Positions 1 through 10,693 are shown, numbered from the stretch's first letter. The stretch: 64,000 bases of DNA from Candidatus Poribacteria bacterium (GCA_965197475.1 CBDANF010000003.1:1856001-1920000); one strand, 5' to 3'. The notes: generated from the letters alone by a model not told the origin. Translations and numbers: made by a program.

Positions 1-163
1 AACAGTTTGGCAACGTGCTATTACTATGTGTCCGTATTCCCCACGCTTATATATAATACCTCGCCTATAGTATTTAGGGTGTTCCCACAATACTATACCA
101 TATACGACAGTAATTTCTTCAGCATAAATTAATCTTGCGGTATCTACACATTTACTATTATTA

Positions 164-282
164 ACGTGAGCTCGGTGTAAGAGATGTGAAGTTTTTAATG
201 CTTGAATTCTACTTTCACAGCCACGGTAGGTGCGGTTTCTAACCGCACCGATTCCTAAAAATTGCTTATGCCGAGCTCACGT
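164..282. mobile_element. 119-bp MITE (IS982-like ends) carrying a GTAG-type REP hairpin
   Basis: TIR ACGTGAGCTCGG..CCGAGCTCACGT; 8-bp TSD TATTATTA at 156-163 and 283-290; internal GGTAGGTGCGGTTTCTAACCGCACC. Confidence 0.8.
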
Positions 283-365
283 TATTATTAAGTTCAAATC
301 TACATATTTTATCAGGAAAATCTAAATGCCTGAACACTATGGTCATAATAACTATCTCCTTATTT

Positions 366-625
366 TCAACGTGATTTGTCAATTTGTATATGCTCAAGCA
401 GTTTTATCGCATCGTCTTTTCTTTGTCTATCCTCATGCAACATGATTGGGTTATCATTCAAATTAAAATCTAACCACATCATTTTACCGCATTTCTCTAT
501 AGTATCTTTTATTGCAATATCTTTACCTTTATGTAAATTAAGAATTTCTGGTTCGTGTGAGTAAAATAATTTGTAAATCCAATGCTTATCCGATTTAGGA
601 TACGCCTCAAATATTATCTGGTGTT
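366..625 (-). pseudogene. C-terminal half of the IS3-disrupted terminase-ATPase-like gene (joins 10144-10654)
   Basis: HQIIFEAYPKSDKHWIYKLF resembles the NP...HW motif of PBSX-type terminases; joins in frame with 10144-10654 through the AAC duplication. Confidence 0.7.
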
Positions 626-704
626 TGTACTGCCACCGGAAATTCGGGCCGCTCTCTAAGACAAGATTATGGTATAATATCCATCTCCTTGAAAGGAGTA
701 TCCG

Positions 705-995
705 ATGGCGAAACGAAAACGAAGAAACTTCACCCCCGAGTTTAAAGCCGAAGTTGTTCTTGAGGCTCTCAGCGTTGAAAGTTCCCAAGCAGAAGTGTGT
801 CGGCGACATAACCTCATCGATGAACAACTTTCAAAGTGGAAGCGACAGCTTCTTGAAAAAGCGGCGACCCTCTTTGAACCCGCTGATAAACAGTCTGATG
901 CCTCTGCGGAGCGGATCGCCCAACTTGAGCAACTCGTTGGGCGGTTGACCTTGGCACTTGACATCCAAAAAAAAGCCTCAACTTACTTGAGTTAG
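705..995 (+). CDS. IS3 transposase OrfA (HTH)
   Basis: RRNFTPEFKAEVV HTH_Tnp_1 pattern; A8G -1 frameshift motif at 967-975. Confidence 0.92.
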   Translation: MAKRKRRNFTPEFKAEVVLEALSVESSQAEVCRRHNLIDEQLSKWKRQLLEKAATLFEPADKQSDASAERIAQLEQLVGRLTLALDIQKKASTYLS

Positions 996-1000
996 CCTCG

Positions 1001-1831
1001 ATGGAGCAGCGAGAAATGGTTACGGCATTACGGACAGACTTTTCGGTTCGGCAGATATGTGAGACACTCGGTTTCAACCGAAGCAACCTCTATTATCACT
1101 CCAAGCAGGCCCCGTGTGAAGCGGGCCTCCAGGATGAAATAGAGACGTTATCTTTGCTATATCCAACATACGGATATAGGCGTCCCACACAGTTGTTGGT
1201 GCGTAGCGGATACACCATCGGGTATAAACGTGTTGCCCGATTGATGAAGTCCGCCAACCTCTCGGTTTCTGTCAAGCGTGTCTGTCAAACCACGACATCC
1301 GTTGCGGGTGTGCGTCCCTGGAGCAATCGCCTTGAAAACCTTGATGTCTCCCGATGTAATCAGGTCTGGGTGGGCGATATTACCTACGTCCGCCTCAAAG
1401 GACACTTTATCTATGTTTGTCTGCTCATGGATGTCTTCACTCGCATGATCAGAGGGTGGCATATCAGTCAACACTTGACGCAATCTCTGACGTTGAAACC
1501 CTTGGAGACAGCATTATGTCAAAGTGTCCCAGAGATCCATCATTCTGATCAAGGCGTTCAATATCTTTCAAATGCGTCCATCTCACTGCTTAGGCATCAT
1601 GGGATTGAGATTTCAGTCGCCCGGAGAGGGTGTCCTTGGGAGAACGGATATGCTGAAAGACTTATCCGCACGCTCAAGGAAGAAGAAGTTCATCTCAATG
1701 ACTATGAGGACATCCACGAAGCAAGAACCCGCATTGGGCATTTTATTACACAAGTGTATAATCACAAACGCCCTCACTCTGCGTTAGGGTATTTGACACC
1801 TGTGGAATTTGAGCAAAAAAACTTGTCTTAA
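1001..1831 (+). CDS. IS3 transposase OrfB (DDE integrase core)
   Basis: WVGDITY, HHSDQGVQY, ENGYAER, YNHKRPHSALGY motifs. Confidence 0.95.
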   Translation: MEQREMVTALRTDFSVRQICETLGFNRSNLYYHSKQAPCEAGLQDEIETLSLLYPTYGYRRPTQLLVRSGYTIGYKRVARLMKSANLSVSVKRVCQTTTSVAGVRPWSNRLENLDVSRCNQVWVGDITYVRLKGHFIYVCLLMDVFTRMIRGWHISQHLTQSLTLKPLETALCQSVPEIHHSDQGVQYLSNASISLLRHHGIEISVARRGCPWENGYAERLIRTLKEEEVHLNDYEDIHEARTRIGHFITQVYNHKRPHSALGYLTPVEFEQKNLS

Positions 1832-1870
1832 CTTTGCTAAATTTTGGTCTGAATAAACGGTAGCACTTCA

Positions 1871-2199
1871 AAGTTGAAGTTATTGTTATTGACCTTAACC
1901 AACAAAATAGTAAAAAACTCCCTACACTAAGGTTGAAATCCAAGCACGATGAATGGATCTGTAAATTAGACGAGAAGGGATATCGTGAGGGTTCAGAAGT
2001 CCAAGTCACCATCACCGCTATTCATGAAACGCACGGAGCATTTGCCGAACTTGAAGAAGGAGTTTCAGGACTGATGCACCACTCAATTATTCCTCCAGAT
2101 TACTCTAAATTACTGAGCGAAGGTGAAGACATTCTAGCAAGTATATCACGTATTGATCGTGAAAACGAAAAAATAGACTTACGCCCTACCGTTGAGTAA
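1871..2199 (+). pseudogene. 5'-truncated S1 RNA-binding domain protein
   Basis: HGAFAELEEGVSGLMHHS..SRIDRENEKIDL S1 pattern; frame stays open back to the IS3 end. Confidence 0.7.
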
Positions 2200-2313
2200 G
2201 ATTCCATCCGGCAAATTGCAAAAAATATAATTGGTTAGTGATGTTCAAAACTAGTTTATTTTTTCTATTGCTCACAATTACATGATGGGGAAAGGTAGGC
2301 GTTAAAACCACGC

Positions 2314-2354
2314 AAAAGAGACAGGAAGACAAAAATCCTCCTGTCTCTTTTTTT
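2314..2354 (+). terminator. Intrinsic terminator
   Basis: AAAAGAGACAGGA..TCCTGTCTCTTTT stem followed by a T run. Confidence 0.75.
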
Positions 2355-2545
2355 ATTACACGTCAATCCGTTCTGTGCCATCCGATTCCCTACTAAAGTT
2401 TGGACAATTTACGCACTATTCAAGTAAACATCCAAAGAAACTGTCAAAAAATTTCAGTTTGAAAAATCGCTAAAAGTGTGCTAAAATTAATCACAATAAA
2501 TGGCTCCATTGAAAGCACCCCAAATTTTATTATAGGAGAGTTAAC

Positions 2546-2635
2546 ATGCGACCGCTAACGATTTCGTTACCAGATTATCTCTATGAGAAATTGACACAAC
2601 AAGCGCAAGCGTTTGAAACTTCTCTTGCAATTTAA
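2546..2635 (+). CDS. 29-aa ribbon-helix-helix-like peptide or remnant
   Basis: AGGAG RBS; MRPLTISLPDYLYEKLTQQAQ fits the CopG/RHH pattern. Confidence 0.45.
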   Translation: MRPLTISLPDYLYEKLTQQAQAFETSLAI

Positions 2636-2729
2636 CTTGCAGGCGGTTTTGAAATATGTTAAAATCATAATAGCACAAACAGAAAATCAGAGGATTAAAT
2701 TTCATTTTTAAGAAATAAGGAGTTACCTT

Positions 2730-2978
2730 ATGCCAAAACCGAGTGCCTCCAAAAAAAATATATCAAAATTCATAAAACCTGATATGTCTGACCAGGATAA
2801 CACAATAGCAAATACCGATGCGCCACTTCCAAAAAAAGAGGGAGGAGGTGTTCCACCACCAAAATATACGCTTGAACAACTTCTTGCAAACATACCAGAA
2901 CCAGAGCTCAAAGTGTTGATGTCTAATTCTTCCGAGGAAGTGGATACAGGAAAGTCGGTAGGCAAGGAGGTATGGTAA
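2730..2978 (+). CDS. mazE: MazE-like antitoxin
   Basis: C-terminal KYTLEQLLANI..EVDTGKSVGKEVW; directly upstream of mazF. Confidence 0.75.
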   Translation: MPKPSASKKNISKFIKPDMSDQDNTIANTDAPLPKKEGGGVPPPKYTLEQLLANIPEPELKVLMSNSSEEVDTGKSVGKEVW

Positions 2979-2985
2979 ATTTGCC

Positions 2986-3369
2986 ATGTATATTCCACGA
3001 CGTGGTGATATAGTATGGATTAACTTTGATCCTCAAGCAGGACATGAACAAGCAAATGTGCGTCCTGCCCTTGTACTTTCAGATGAACAGTATAATCGTA
3101 GGTTACGTCTTGCAATAATGTGTCCAATTACGACCCGCCGTGCTTCCTATCGAAGAGATCTTGATGTCTCTATCCCTCCAGAAGTAACAATTCGAAACAA
3201 AAACTCTACAGGTTTAATCAAACTCACTGGCGTAATTCAGTCTGATCATATCAAAAGTCTTGATTGGTTGGAAAGAGACGCGAGGTACGCGGGTGATATG
3301 CCCAATGATGCAGTAAATCAGGTTCTACAAATAGTTGGAACACTTGTTAAAATTTGGAATGTCCAATAA
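2986..3369 (+). CDS. mazF: MazF/PemK endoribonuclease toxin
   Basis: MYIPRRGDIVWINFDPQAGHEQ..RPALVLS..DHIKSLDW. Confidence 0.93.
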   Translation: MYIPRRGDIVWINFDPQAGHEQANVRPALVLSDEQYNRRLRLAIMCPITTRRASYRRDLDVSIPPEVTIRNKNSTGLIKLTGVIQSDHIKSLDWLERDARYAGDMPNDAVNQVLQIVGTLVKIWNVQ

Positions 3370-3462
3370 TTCAACTGCCTATTGATGTTGGAAAGGCGTT
3401 GTTATTCGCTTCACGGACATAAAAATAACATATCCGTATATATTCTCTAAGGAGATGGCGAT

Positions 3463-3753
3463 ATGTCTCAACCCACAGACACCCATCGTACAGCGAAAGA
3501 CCTGTCGCCAGAAAAATTAAAGGAATACCTCTTACGTCTTGACGAGCATTCCAAAACCCGTGATTTCTCAAAAGACGTTTGAACTTTTACAAGAACTTTT
3601 AGAGTTTCGTGGTGTTTCAATAATATCTATGGAGAAGAATTGATTTACGAAAGAACAGAGAAAAATGCCAAACAAATTGGCAATTTGTTAAACTGCCTCT
3701 CCAAAGAACTGGATGCCTTCATTACATATCTCAAGCGACAGGAAAATGACTGA
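3463..3753 (+). pseudogene. Decayed MNT-HEPN (HepT-like) toxin-antitoxin remnant
   Basis: Frameshifted fragments VISQKTFELLQELLEFR / NNIYGEELIYERTEKNAKQI resemble a HepT-like C-terminus. Confidence 0.45.
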
Positions 3754-4900
3754 ACACACCTTCCTCCAACAGATCAACGACTTCTGCCGATTGCTCCGAC
3801 AGATGGGTGTCAACGTAACAACAACCAATCAGCTGAGCTGGTGCAGAAGCACTCAGTTGATAGACATCGGTGAACGGGAAACATTTTATCATACAGCACG
3901 AACGAATCTTATCGCTAACGAAACAGACCGTGAGACATTTGATACGGCTTTCAATCTGTTCTGGCGATACCCACGACCCGAATTCCAAGCTGTTGATACG
4001 GGTGGAGAATATCCAGAACCCTCTGCCTTGCAAGACCTTTCTGATGAAAGCGATGCGGAAAACGTAATAGAACAGTGGTTGGATTTTGAGGGAGATGATG
4101 AAGAACAACAGGAAGACGATCCTATCGCGTATAGCGTAGAAGAAGTCCTGACTCGAAAGGATTTTAGCGAATTCACTACGGAGGATATGGAGAAAGCACG
4201 GGATATTGTCGCAAAATTAGCGAAAGTATTGGCAACAAGACTAAGTAGACGAAAGGTGATTAGCAAAAAGAGGAAGACTATCGACTTCCGAAGAAGTTGG
4301 CGGAGAAGTCTTGCACACGGTGGTGAACTGATCGAATTAATGCGAAAACAGCAGAAGATCAAAAAGGCAAAAATTCTACTTCTCTGTGATGTGAGCGGAT
4401 CTATGGATTGTTATGCCAAATTCCTCATCCAATTTATCTACGGGATGCAACAAGAATTAAGAGAAGTAGAGGTAGCAGTTTTCAGCACACACTTGACAAA
4501 CATTACGGGACTTCTGCGACGTAAGGGTTTGGCGGAAGGATTAAATGAAGTAGCGAACGTCGTTCCAGATTGGTCGGGTGGCACAAAGATTGGTGAAAGT
4601 CTGTTAGAATTTTGTCGGCAGTTTGCTCCGTCTTTTTCTGCATATCGTTCAGTTGTAATTCTCATTAGTGATGGTTGGGATAGGGGAGATGCGGATCTGC
4701 TCCGCCGATCTATGGAAATGCTGCATCGGCATGCGTATAAACTTATTTGGCTCAATCCGTTGCTCGGTAGCAATACCTATCAACCGATTTGTCGGGGAAT
4801 CCGCACTGCACTGCCTTATGTAGACTATTTCCTTCCGGCGCATAATTTAGAGAGTTTAGCGCAGCTGACAAAGGTATTAATCCCACTCTGGGCAAAATGA
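3746..4900 (+). CDS. VWA-domain CoxE-like protein
   Basis: LLCDVSGSM MIDAS, WSGGTKIG, ISDGWD, LIWLNPL motifs. Confidence 0.88.
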   Translation: MTEHTFLQQINDFCRLLRQMGVNVTTTNQLSWCRSTQLIDIGERETFYHTARTNLIANETDRETFDTAFNLFWRYPRPEFQAVDTGGEYPEPSALQDLSDESDAENVIEQWLDFEGDDEEQQEDDPIAYSVEEVLTRKDFSEFTTEDMEKARDIVAKLAKVLATRLSRRKVISKKRKTIDFRRSWRRSLAHGGELIELMRKQQKIKKAKILLLCDVSGSMDCYAKFLIQFIYGMQQELREVEVAVFSTHLTNITGLLRRKGLAEGLNEVANVVPDWSGGTKIGESLLEFCRQFAPSFSAYRSVVILISDGWDRGDADLLRRSMEMLHRHAYKLIWLNPLLGSNTYQPICRGIRTALPYVDYFLPAHNLESLAQLTKVLIPLWAK

Positions 4901-4943
4901 GTGGTGTCTGTAAACTATAGAAAACAAGCAAGGAATTCTAACT

Positions 4944-6068
4944 ATGCAAGTTCAAGCAGCGGTGATGCTCCAGCCGGGGCAGATAGAAATCCGCGAATTT
5001 GAGAAACCAACACCCGCAGACGACTCCCTTCTGCTACAGGTTGACAAGGTCGGTATCTGTGGAAGTGATAAGCACATGTACCTTGGACACACGGCACTGA
5101 AATTTCCTGTTATCCCAGGGCACGAAGTCGTCGGCACGGTCGCTGAGATCGGTAAAAATGCAAATCAAGTTATGAATGTGATGGGAGGTCCCATCAAAGC
5201 AGGTGACAGAATCACTGTGGTGCCAGGATCAAAAAACTGTGGCAGATGCTACTACTGTTTGCATGTGCCCGGACGTCCGACCTTGTGTTCTGGGCGAACC
5301 ATTTATGGGTTTAGCAACAGCGAAACACCACCCTATCTAAACGGTGAATTCTCTGAATATACCTATGTTCACGGTAACTCTTGGGTTTACAAGATACCCG
5401 CAGACATCCCAGAAGAAATTTCTGTCCTGACAGAACCTGTTGCAGTTGCAACGCGCGCTGTTGAACGCGCTTGTGCACCCGGATTGCCGCAGGTCGGGGA
5501 CGGATACAGCATCGGAAGCAGCGTTGCCGTGCTCGGGTGCGGTCCGATCGGTCTCCTTGTCATTGCTGTATTGAGGGATAGTGGCGCAGGCATTATCATT
5601 GCCACCGACCTTGTAGATAGCTGTCTGCAGATGGCAGAGCAGATGGGAGCAGACGTAGTCATAAATGTTGGGAAGACCACTCCCGAAGAACGGGTTGAAC
5701 AGATTCAGTCCTTCACAAATGGTGTTGGCGTAGACATCTCGATTGAATGTGCTGGCATACCTGCAGTTTTTTCCGAAGCATTAGATGTCGTAAGACGGGG
5801 TGGGAAGGTTATCGAAGTCGGACACTACACCGATGCTGGTGATACTCAAGTGAGACCGCATCAAATTTGTAACAAAGACCTTGATGTCTGTGGGGTGTGG
5901 GCATATCCACAAATCCAATTTCAGACAGCGTTGGATTTTCTTCAACGCACGCGCGCGCCGCTACACAAGCTGATAACGCATCATCTTCCGTTAAATCAAT
6001 TAGAAGACGGTATTGATATGCTCGGCAAAGAAGGCGTTTACAAGGTCGTGATTGAACCACAATCCTAA
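4944..6068 (+). CDS. Zinc-binding alcohol dehydrogenase (MDR family)
   Basis: GICGSD, GHE, CGRCYYC, GCGPIG motifs. Confidence 0.92.
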   Translation: MQVQAAVMLQPGQIEIREFEKPTPADDSLLLQVDKVGICGSDKHMYLGHTALKFPVIPGHEVVGTVAEIGKNANQVMNVMGGPIKAGDRITVVPGSKNCGRCYYCLHVPGRPTLCSGRTIYGFSNSETPPYLNGEFSEYTYVHGNSWVYKIPADIPEEISVLTEPVAVATRAVERACAPGLPQVGDGYSIGSSVAVLGCGPIGLLVIAVLRDSGAGIIIATDLVDSCLQMAEQMGADVVINVGKTTPEERVEQIQSFTNGVGVDISIECAGIPAVFSEALDVVRRGGKVIEVGHYTDAGDTQVRPHQICNKDLDVCGVWAYPQIQFQTALDFLQRTRAPLHKLITHHLPLNQLEDGIDMLGKEGVYKVVIEPQS

Positions 6069-6127
6069 GGGTGTTTCGTAAAAACGCTGAATTATCATCA
6101 AACTATCAAATGAAATCCAATACATAG

Positions 6128-7123
6128 GTGAAAAAAATGAAAAATCAAAAATGCCTGTTCATTTTACTATGTTGTCAGGTAATGTTGTCCCTCTTCTGCT
6201 TTAACAGTGTGAAGGTCTTTGCCGATGATGGACCATCTAAAAAACCAAAAGAGTCTTCGCTTTACAGAACGATCGAAAATGCAAAAACGTATATTGTGAA
6301 GCACCAAAATAAAGATGGCGGCTGGCCGCTGATACCGGGTGAAGAAAGTGATGTGGAAATTACCGCTCTCGCTATCTGGGCGTTAACCGAAGCCGGTTGG
6401 GGAACCGGATCACGGGTCATTCGCAGCGGAGTCAGGTATTTGAGGAGCAAGCAGCGTGAAAATGGTAGTTGGAACAACAATACTGCTCACACTGCCTTCG
6501 CACTCGTCGCTTTGGCAAATGCAAAAACAGATTCGGATGCAAGATTTAATGGACTGCAGTGGCTTAAGAACGCACAGAATCCCAGTGGTAGTTGGGGGCG
6601 CAAAAGCAAGGGCCCCGGACATGTCCTTTATACTTCTGCAACGCTTGTCGGATTTAAAAAACTTGGTTTCACCCGGACGCGTTTCAACCCTGTTCTTACC
6701 GGCATGGAGTGGCTTGAGGTTCTGGAACATCGAAATTTCGAAGGCTATTGGACTCTACCCAGTGGAACTCAATCAGATATTTTTGTGACATCTTGGGCAC
6801 TGCACGGTTTATCGCCTGACTACGACCTTGATGAAATGATCGCTTGGGTAAAGCAATTCCAGAACAAGGATGGGGGATTCCCCAGATTCAAAGGTAGACC
6901 GAGTGACCCAGAGGTCACTGCTGCTGCTGTGATGACATTTGCCGCTTATAATGACCCACTAAATACGCGCCGCATCGCAGTTTCCTATCTAACAAAAGCA
7001 CAAGAGGCGGATGGTAGTTTTGTGAGCGATATTCCAATAGAACTCAAGGCACCCGCTGCCAACCTACAATCTACCTGTTTCGTACTGATCGCCATCCATG
7101 CGAAAACAGATAGTGATCGTTAA
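6128..7123 (+). CDS. Secreted prenyltransferase/squalene-oxidase repeat protein
   Basis: Signal peptide; repeated QNxDGGW / QxxNGSW (QW) motifs. Confidence 0.8.
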   Translation: MKKMKNQKCLFILLCCQVMLSLFCFNSVKVFADDGPSKKPKESSLYRTIENAKTYIVKHQNKDGGWPLIPGEESDVEITALAIWALTEAGWGTGSRVIRSGVRYLRSKQRENGSWNNNTAHTAFALVALANAKTDSDARFNGLQWLKNAQNPSGSWGRKSKGPGHVLYTSATLVGFKKLGFTRTRFNPVLTGMEWLEVLEHRNFEGYWTLPSGTQSDIFVTSWALHGLSPDYDLDEMIAWVKQFQNKDGGFPRFKGRPSDPEVTAAAVMTFAAYNDPLNTRRIAVSYLTKAQEADGSFVSDIPIELKAPAANLQSTCFVLIAIHAKTDSDR

Positions 7124-7286
7124 ACAACGCAATTAGTAGTTTTGGGATTTGAAATTGCTGTTTTTTGGGCAAAAATTTAATTTTAAAAAATGCTATAAAG
7201 TTAGCCCACATCTATGTTCTCAGGCAATTTTTTCTTGACAAATAAGTTCCTCACCGAATCTGTGCGATTATGAAAGGTCGTTTTCT

Positions 7287-8507
7287 ATGACTATCAATAT
7301 TAAGCCAAAGACGATATTTACTGGGGACAATCTCCCTATCATGCGAGGCATGAATAGCGAATCGGTTGATTTGATATACTTGGATCCGCCGTTCAATAGC
7401 AAAGCGAATTACGCCGCACCGATTGGCTCTGAGGCAGCTGGTGCGGAATTCAAAGATACGTGGACACTTAAGGATGTTGACACTGCTTGGCTTGACCTCA
7501 TCGAAGCGAAACACCCTGCCCTGAACCGAGTGATCCACGCAGCGATGTCAAACTCTGATAAATCCTACCTGATTTACATGGCGGTTCGGTTACTGGAGAT
7601 GCACCGCATTCTGAAAGACACGGGTAGCATTTACCTACATTGCGATCCCACAATGATCCATTATTTGAAGTTGGTTATGGATGCAATTTTTGGTAAACAG
7701 CACTTTCAAAATGAAATTATATGGTGTTATGAAAGAGGGTCACGAAGAAAAAGTCAATTTGGTCGTAAACATGACGTGATTTTCTTTTATTCAAAGACTA
7801 AAAATTATGTTTTTGATTCCGATGCAGTTAGGATAGAGCGTCGGAAAACACACATGAAAGTTGAAACGGATTTAGAAGGTCGCACATGGCAAGTTAAGAA
7901 GGATGCAAAATCAGGAAAAGTCTATCGTTATCCAACCGATGTTGGTGTTCTTTGTCCTGATTGGTGGATTGGTATTCAGCAATTAAATCGCAATGAAAAA
8001 GAGAGGCTTGGCTACCCAACTCAAAAACCGCTTGCGTTGCTTGACCGTATCATCAAAGCATCATCTAACGAAGGCAATGTGGTTTTCGATCCATTTTGCG
8101 GGTGCGCCACAACCCTTGTCGCGGCGGATAGGCTCCAACGTGAATGGATCGGTATTGACATATCAGCGAAAGCCGCTGAATTGGTTGTTGAACGTATCAG
8201 AGACGATCAGGGATTGTTTGAAGACATTATTGCACGCGACGACATACCCAACCGCACGGATTTAGGCAATATTCCCCGCTATAACGCCCCGGAAAACAAA
8301 ACCCAACTCTATAGGGAGCAAGCTGGGAATTGTAACGGATGCGGTGAGCATTTCCAAAAGCAACACCTTGAAATTGATCACATCATTGCAACGTCTGTTG
8401 GGGGAACTGACCATATTGAAAACTTGCAACTGCTCTGTAGCCACTGTAACAGAATCAAAGGTGACCGAGGGCAGGAGTATCTGATCTCAAGACTCAATAA
8501 AGATTGA
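7287..8507 (+). CDS. N4/N6 DNA methyltransferase fused to a C-terminal HNH endonuclease
   Basis: DLIYLDPPF, YPTQKP, DPFCG; CNGC..DHIIA..GG..NLQLLCSHCNRIKG. Confidence 0.9.
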   Translation: MTINIKPKTIFTGDNLPIMRGMNSESVDLIYLDPPFNSKANYAAPIGSEAAGAEFKDTWTLKDVDTAWLDLIEAKHPALNRVIHAAMSNSDKSYLIYMAVRLLEMHRILKDTGSIYLHCDPTMIHYLKLVMDAIFGKQHFQNEIIWCYERGSRRKSQFGRKHDVIFFYSKTKNYVFDSDAVRIERRKTHMKVETDLEGRTWQVKKDAKSGKVYRYPTDVGVLCPDWWIGIQQLNRNEKERLGYPTQKPLALLDRIIKASSNEGNVVFDPFCGCATTLVAADRLQREWIGIDISAKAAELVVERIRDDQGLFEDIIARDDIPNRTDLGNIPRYNAPENKTQLYREQAGNCNGCGEHFQKQHLEIDHIIATSVGGTDHIENLQLLCSHCNRIKGDRGQEYLISRLNKD

Positions 8508-8573
8508 ACTGTAAAAACTAACTTTAAGCAATTCAAAACCACTTATTGCAAATTATTTCAGAAGGAAAAGAGA

Positions 8574-9815
8574 ATGAATAAACAACAAAAAGGTCCAAGA
8601 AGACATCATTGGAGACCACAATGGTATTTAGATGGATTTTCTATATCAGATAATCCAAAGCATTGCCACGGACTTAATGTTGTATCAGGTCAAGCAATAT
8701 GTAGCACTCATATAACAAATTTGGATGTCCAAAAGGATTTTTATAGAGTTTCAGATAATTTTTCGGGTATAGAGACTGAAGTATCACAATTTGATGGTGA
8801 AATGAGCCGCATATTCTCCGAAATTGTTTCAGAGAATAAAATGACATTCAGTAACCAATATGAATATGAACACAAAACAGAAATGATGTTACGTTTTATT
8901 ACACACATGATGGCTTTTGATCCTGCTGTAAGAGAAGGCATAATTAATGCAGCTAAAATTATAGCACCTGAAGATATTACTGATAAGAATGATGTAGAAC
9001 CTATCCCACTGCATATAGCCTTTTACTTAGAGTGTTTAGGAATTATTAGAAATATGGGGAGCAACATTGGATTCAAAACATTTACTGCAAGCGATGATAA
9101 TTTTTTTATTTGTCCAGATGTCATTAATTTTACAACAACTTATGATAACGAATTACACTTATGTTTCCCCTTACATAAAAACCTATGCTTATACGGCTGT
9201 TCTTCAAAAGAAATTTTAGATACACTTAACCCATCTGTTGCAGAAATCAATACAATGCTTCTATTTGAGAGTAGACAATTTGTATATTTTCCCAGTTGGG
9301 ATTTAAAAATACATAATGGGATTGGTGAAATTCCGATTAAAAATTTAATAAATAAAGGCATAGATGAAATGATAGAAATATGGTTGTCCAAAAACCCTGC
9401 TATTGTTAATCCTTTAAGCCGTTGTCCAATTAACTTAGCCCTAAGCTACCACACAATAGAAAAACACACACCTAATGACGCAAAAAAAGAATCATTAGAC
9501 TACATAGAAAAAACAATAAGCGATATTAAATCTGACATATACGCAATGTGCATTATACATGATGGCAATTCTGATAGTCGTAGTCCATTGAGTTTAGATA
9601 AATTCATGGAGATCACACAGGAAGTGTCCAAACTTGCAAACCTAAATATCAAACATTTTTTGTCGGAGAGCATAGCAACTGTATTCTTTAGAATGCATGA
9701 GTCTAATGACGGCTCAAATATGACAATGCGTATAGGAATACGAGAAAATATTAAAACACAGGAAGATGCCTTAAATACACAAGTTGTATGTAAAATTATG
9801 CCAATCAATGGGTAA
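8574..9815 (+). CDS. DUF4238-like protein, probably frameshifted (continues to 10120)
   Basis: N-terminal RRHHWRPQWYLDGF; -1 frame open from ~9794 to 10120. Confidence 0.65.
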   Translation: MNKQQKGPRRHHWRPQWYLDGFSISDNPKHCHGLNVVSGQAICSTHITNLDVQKDFYRVSDNFSGIETEVSQFDGEMSRIFSEIVSENKMTFSNQYEYEHKTEMMLRFITHMMAFDPAVREGIINAAKIIAPEDITDKNDVEPIPLHIAFYLECLGIIRNMGSNIGFKTFTASDDNFFICPDVINFTTTYDNELHLCFPLHKNLCLYGCSSKEILDTLNPSVAEINTMLLFESRQFVYFPSWDLKIHNGIGEIPIKNLINKGIDEMIEIWLSKNPAIVNPLSRCPINLALSYHTIEKHTPNDAKKESLDYIEKTISDIKSDIYAMCIIHDGNSDSRSPLSLDKFMEITQEVSKLANLNIKHFLSESIATVFFRMHESNDGSNMTMRIGIRENIKTQEDALNTQVVCKIMPING

Positions 9816-10143
9816 ATGCTGTTACGGACAGTATTTATGACAATGAAGGAATCCGTATTGCCACAGAACAGGCTAAATCTCTGGAATGCCCGATACATGC
9901 ACGACAATCTCACCTATTTTTATCAGAGTTTGTATCCCATACACAAATGGAATTAAATAATATCCGTGAATTAGCAAGGCAAGGTAATGCGACACCCGAC
10001 ATGAATATCCCATATTCTATATTGTTCCTACCTGAACCCAAAGATGGTGACATAGTGCAAAATTGTAGTATGCAGGATATTGCTAACAAAGTCAATTCCC
10101 TTATCCATGCACAATGGTAACCAATCAAAAAGGAGATACTATT

Positions 10144-10654
10144 ATGAATTCTATTAGTTTAAATGAGATATTCCAATCTGGTAAATTACTTATACCACAT
10201 TCTCTTAACAATTTGAAACTTTTTGTATCTTGGAATCGCCAAATTGAAAATATTTGTATTTCTAAAACAAAGAAATCGGGGGCAACATTTTCTATCTGGT
10301 TACATGTTTTTAATTTGTGCCTTAGCACACCAAGATTTGTAGTATTTGTTGCAATGAAAGAATATTCTACACTTTTAGAAACAATCATAGACGATCTGGA
10401 ACAAGTTATCCTCGGATATAAACTTAGCAATTCAATGCCTGCTATATCTCTTATAGGTAAACCTTCTCGTCCAACAGGGATAAGATTCCCAAACGGTTCA
10501 GAAATAAAATTTCTTGGATTAAGGATTAAAAAAACATTACAAAAAATAGAAAAGGAATCGCCTCAACTATTCTGGCTTAGTGATGCTTCCGAACTCTATG
10601 ATTTTGATATATGGAATCCAATTCATAGAATCTTACTATCACAAAATAAACAAC
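10144..10654 (+). pseudogene. N-terminal half of a degenerate phage terminase-like ATPase, cut by IS3
   Basis: AAGGAG RBS; KKSGAT (degenerate Walker A), RFPNGSEIKFLGL, FWLSDASE (degenerate Walker B). Confidence 0.65.
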
Positions 10655-10693
10655 TGAAGTGCTACCGTTTATTCAGACCAAAATTTAGCAAAG

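Larger units (their letters stand above)
626..1870 (+). mobile_element. IS3-family insertion sequence, copy 1 (1245 bp)
   Basis: 5'-TG..CA-3' ends with imperfect IRs (TGTACTGCCACCG / CGGTAGCACTTCA); orfA+orfB; inverted copy at 10655-11899. Confidence 0.95.
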
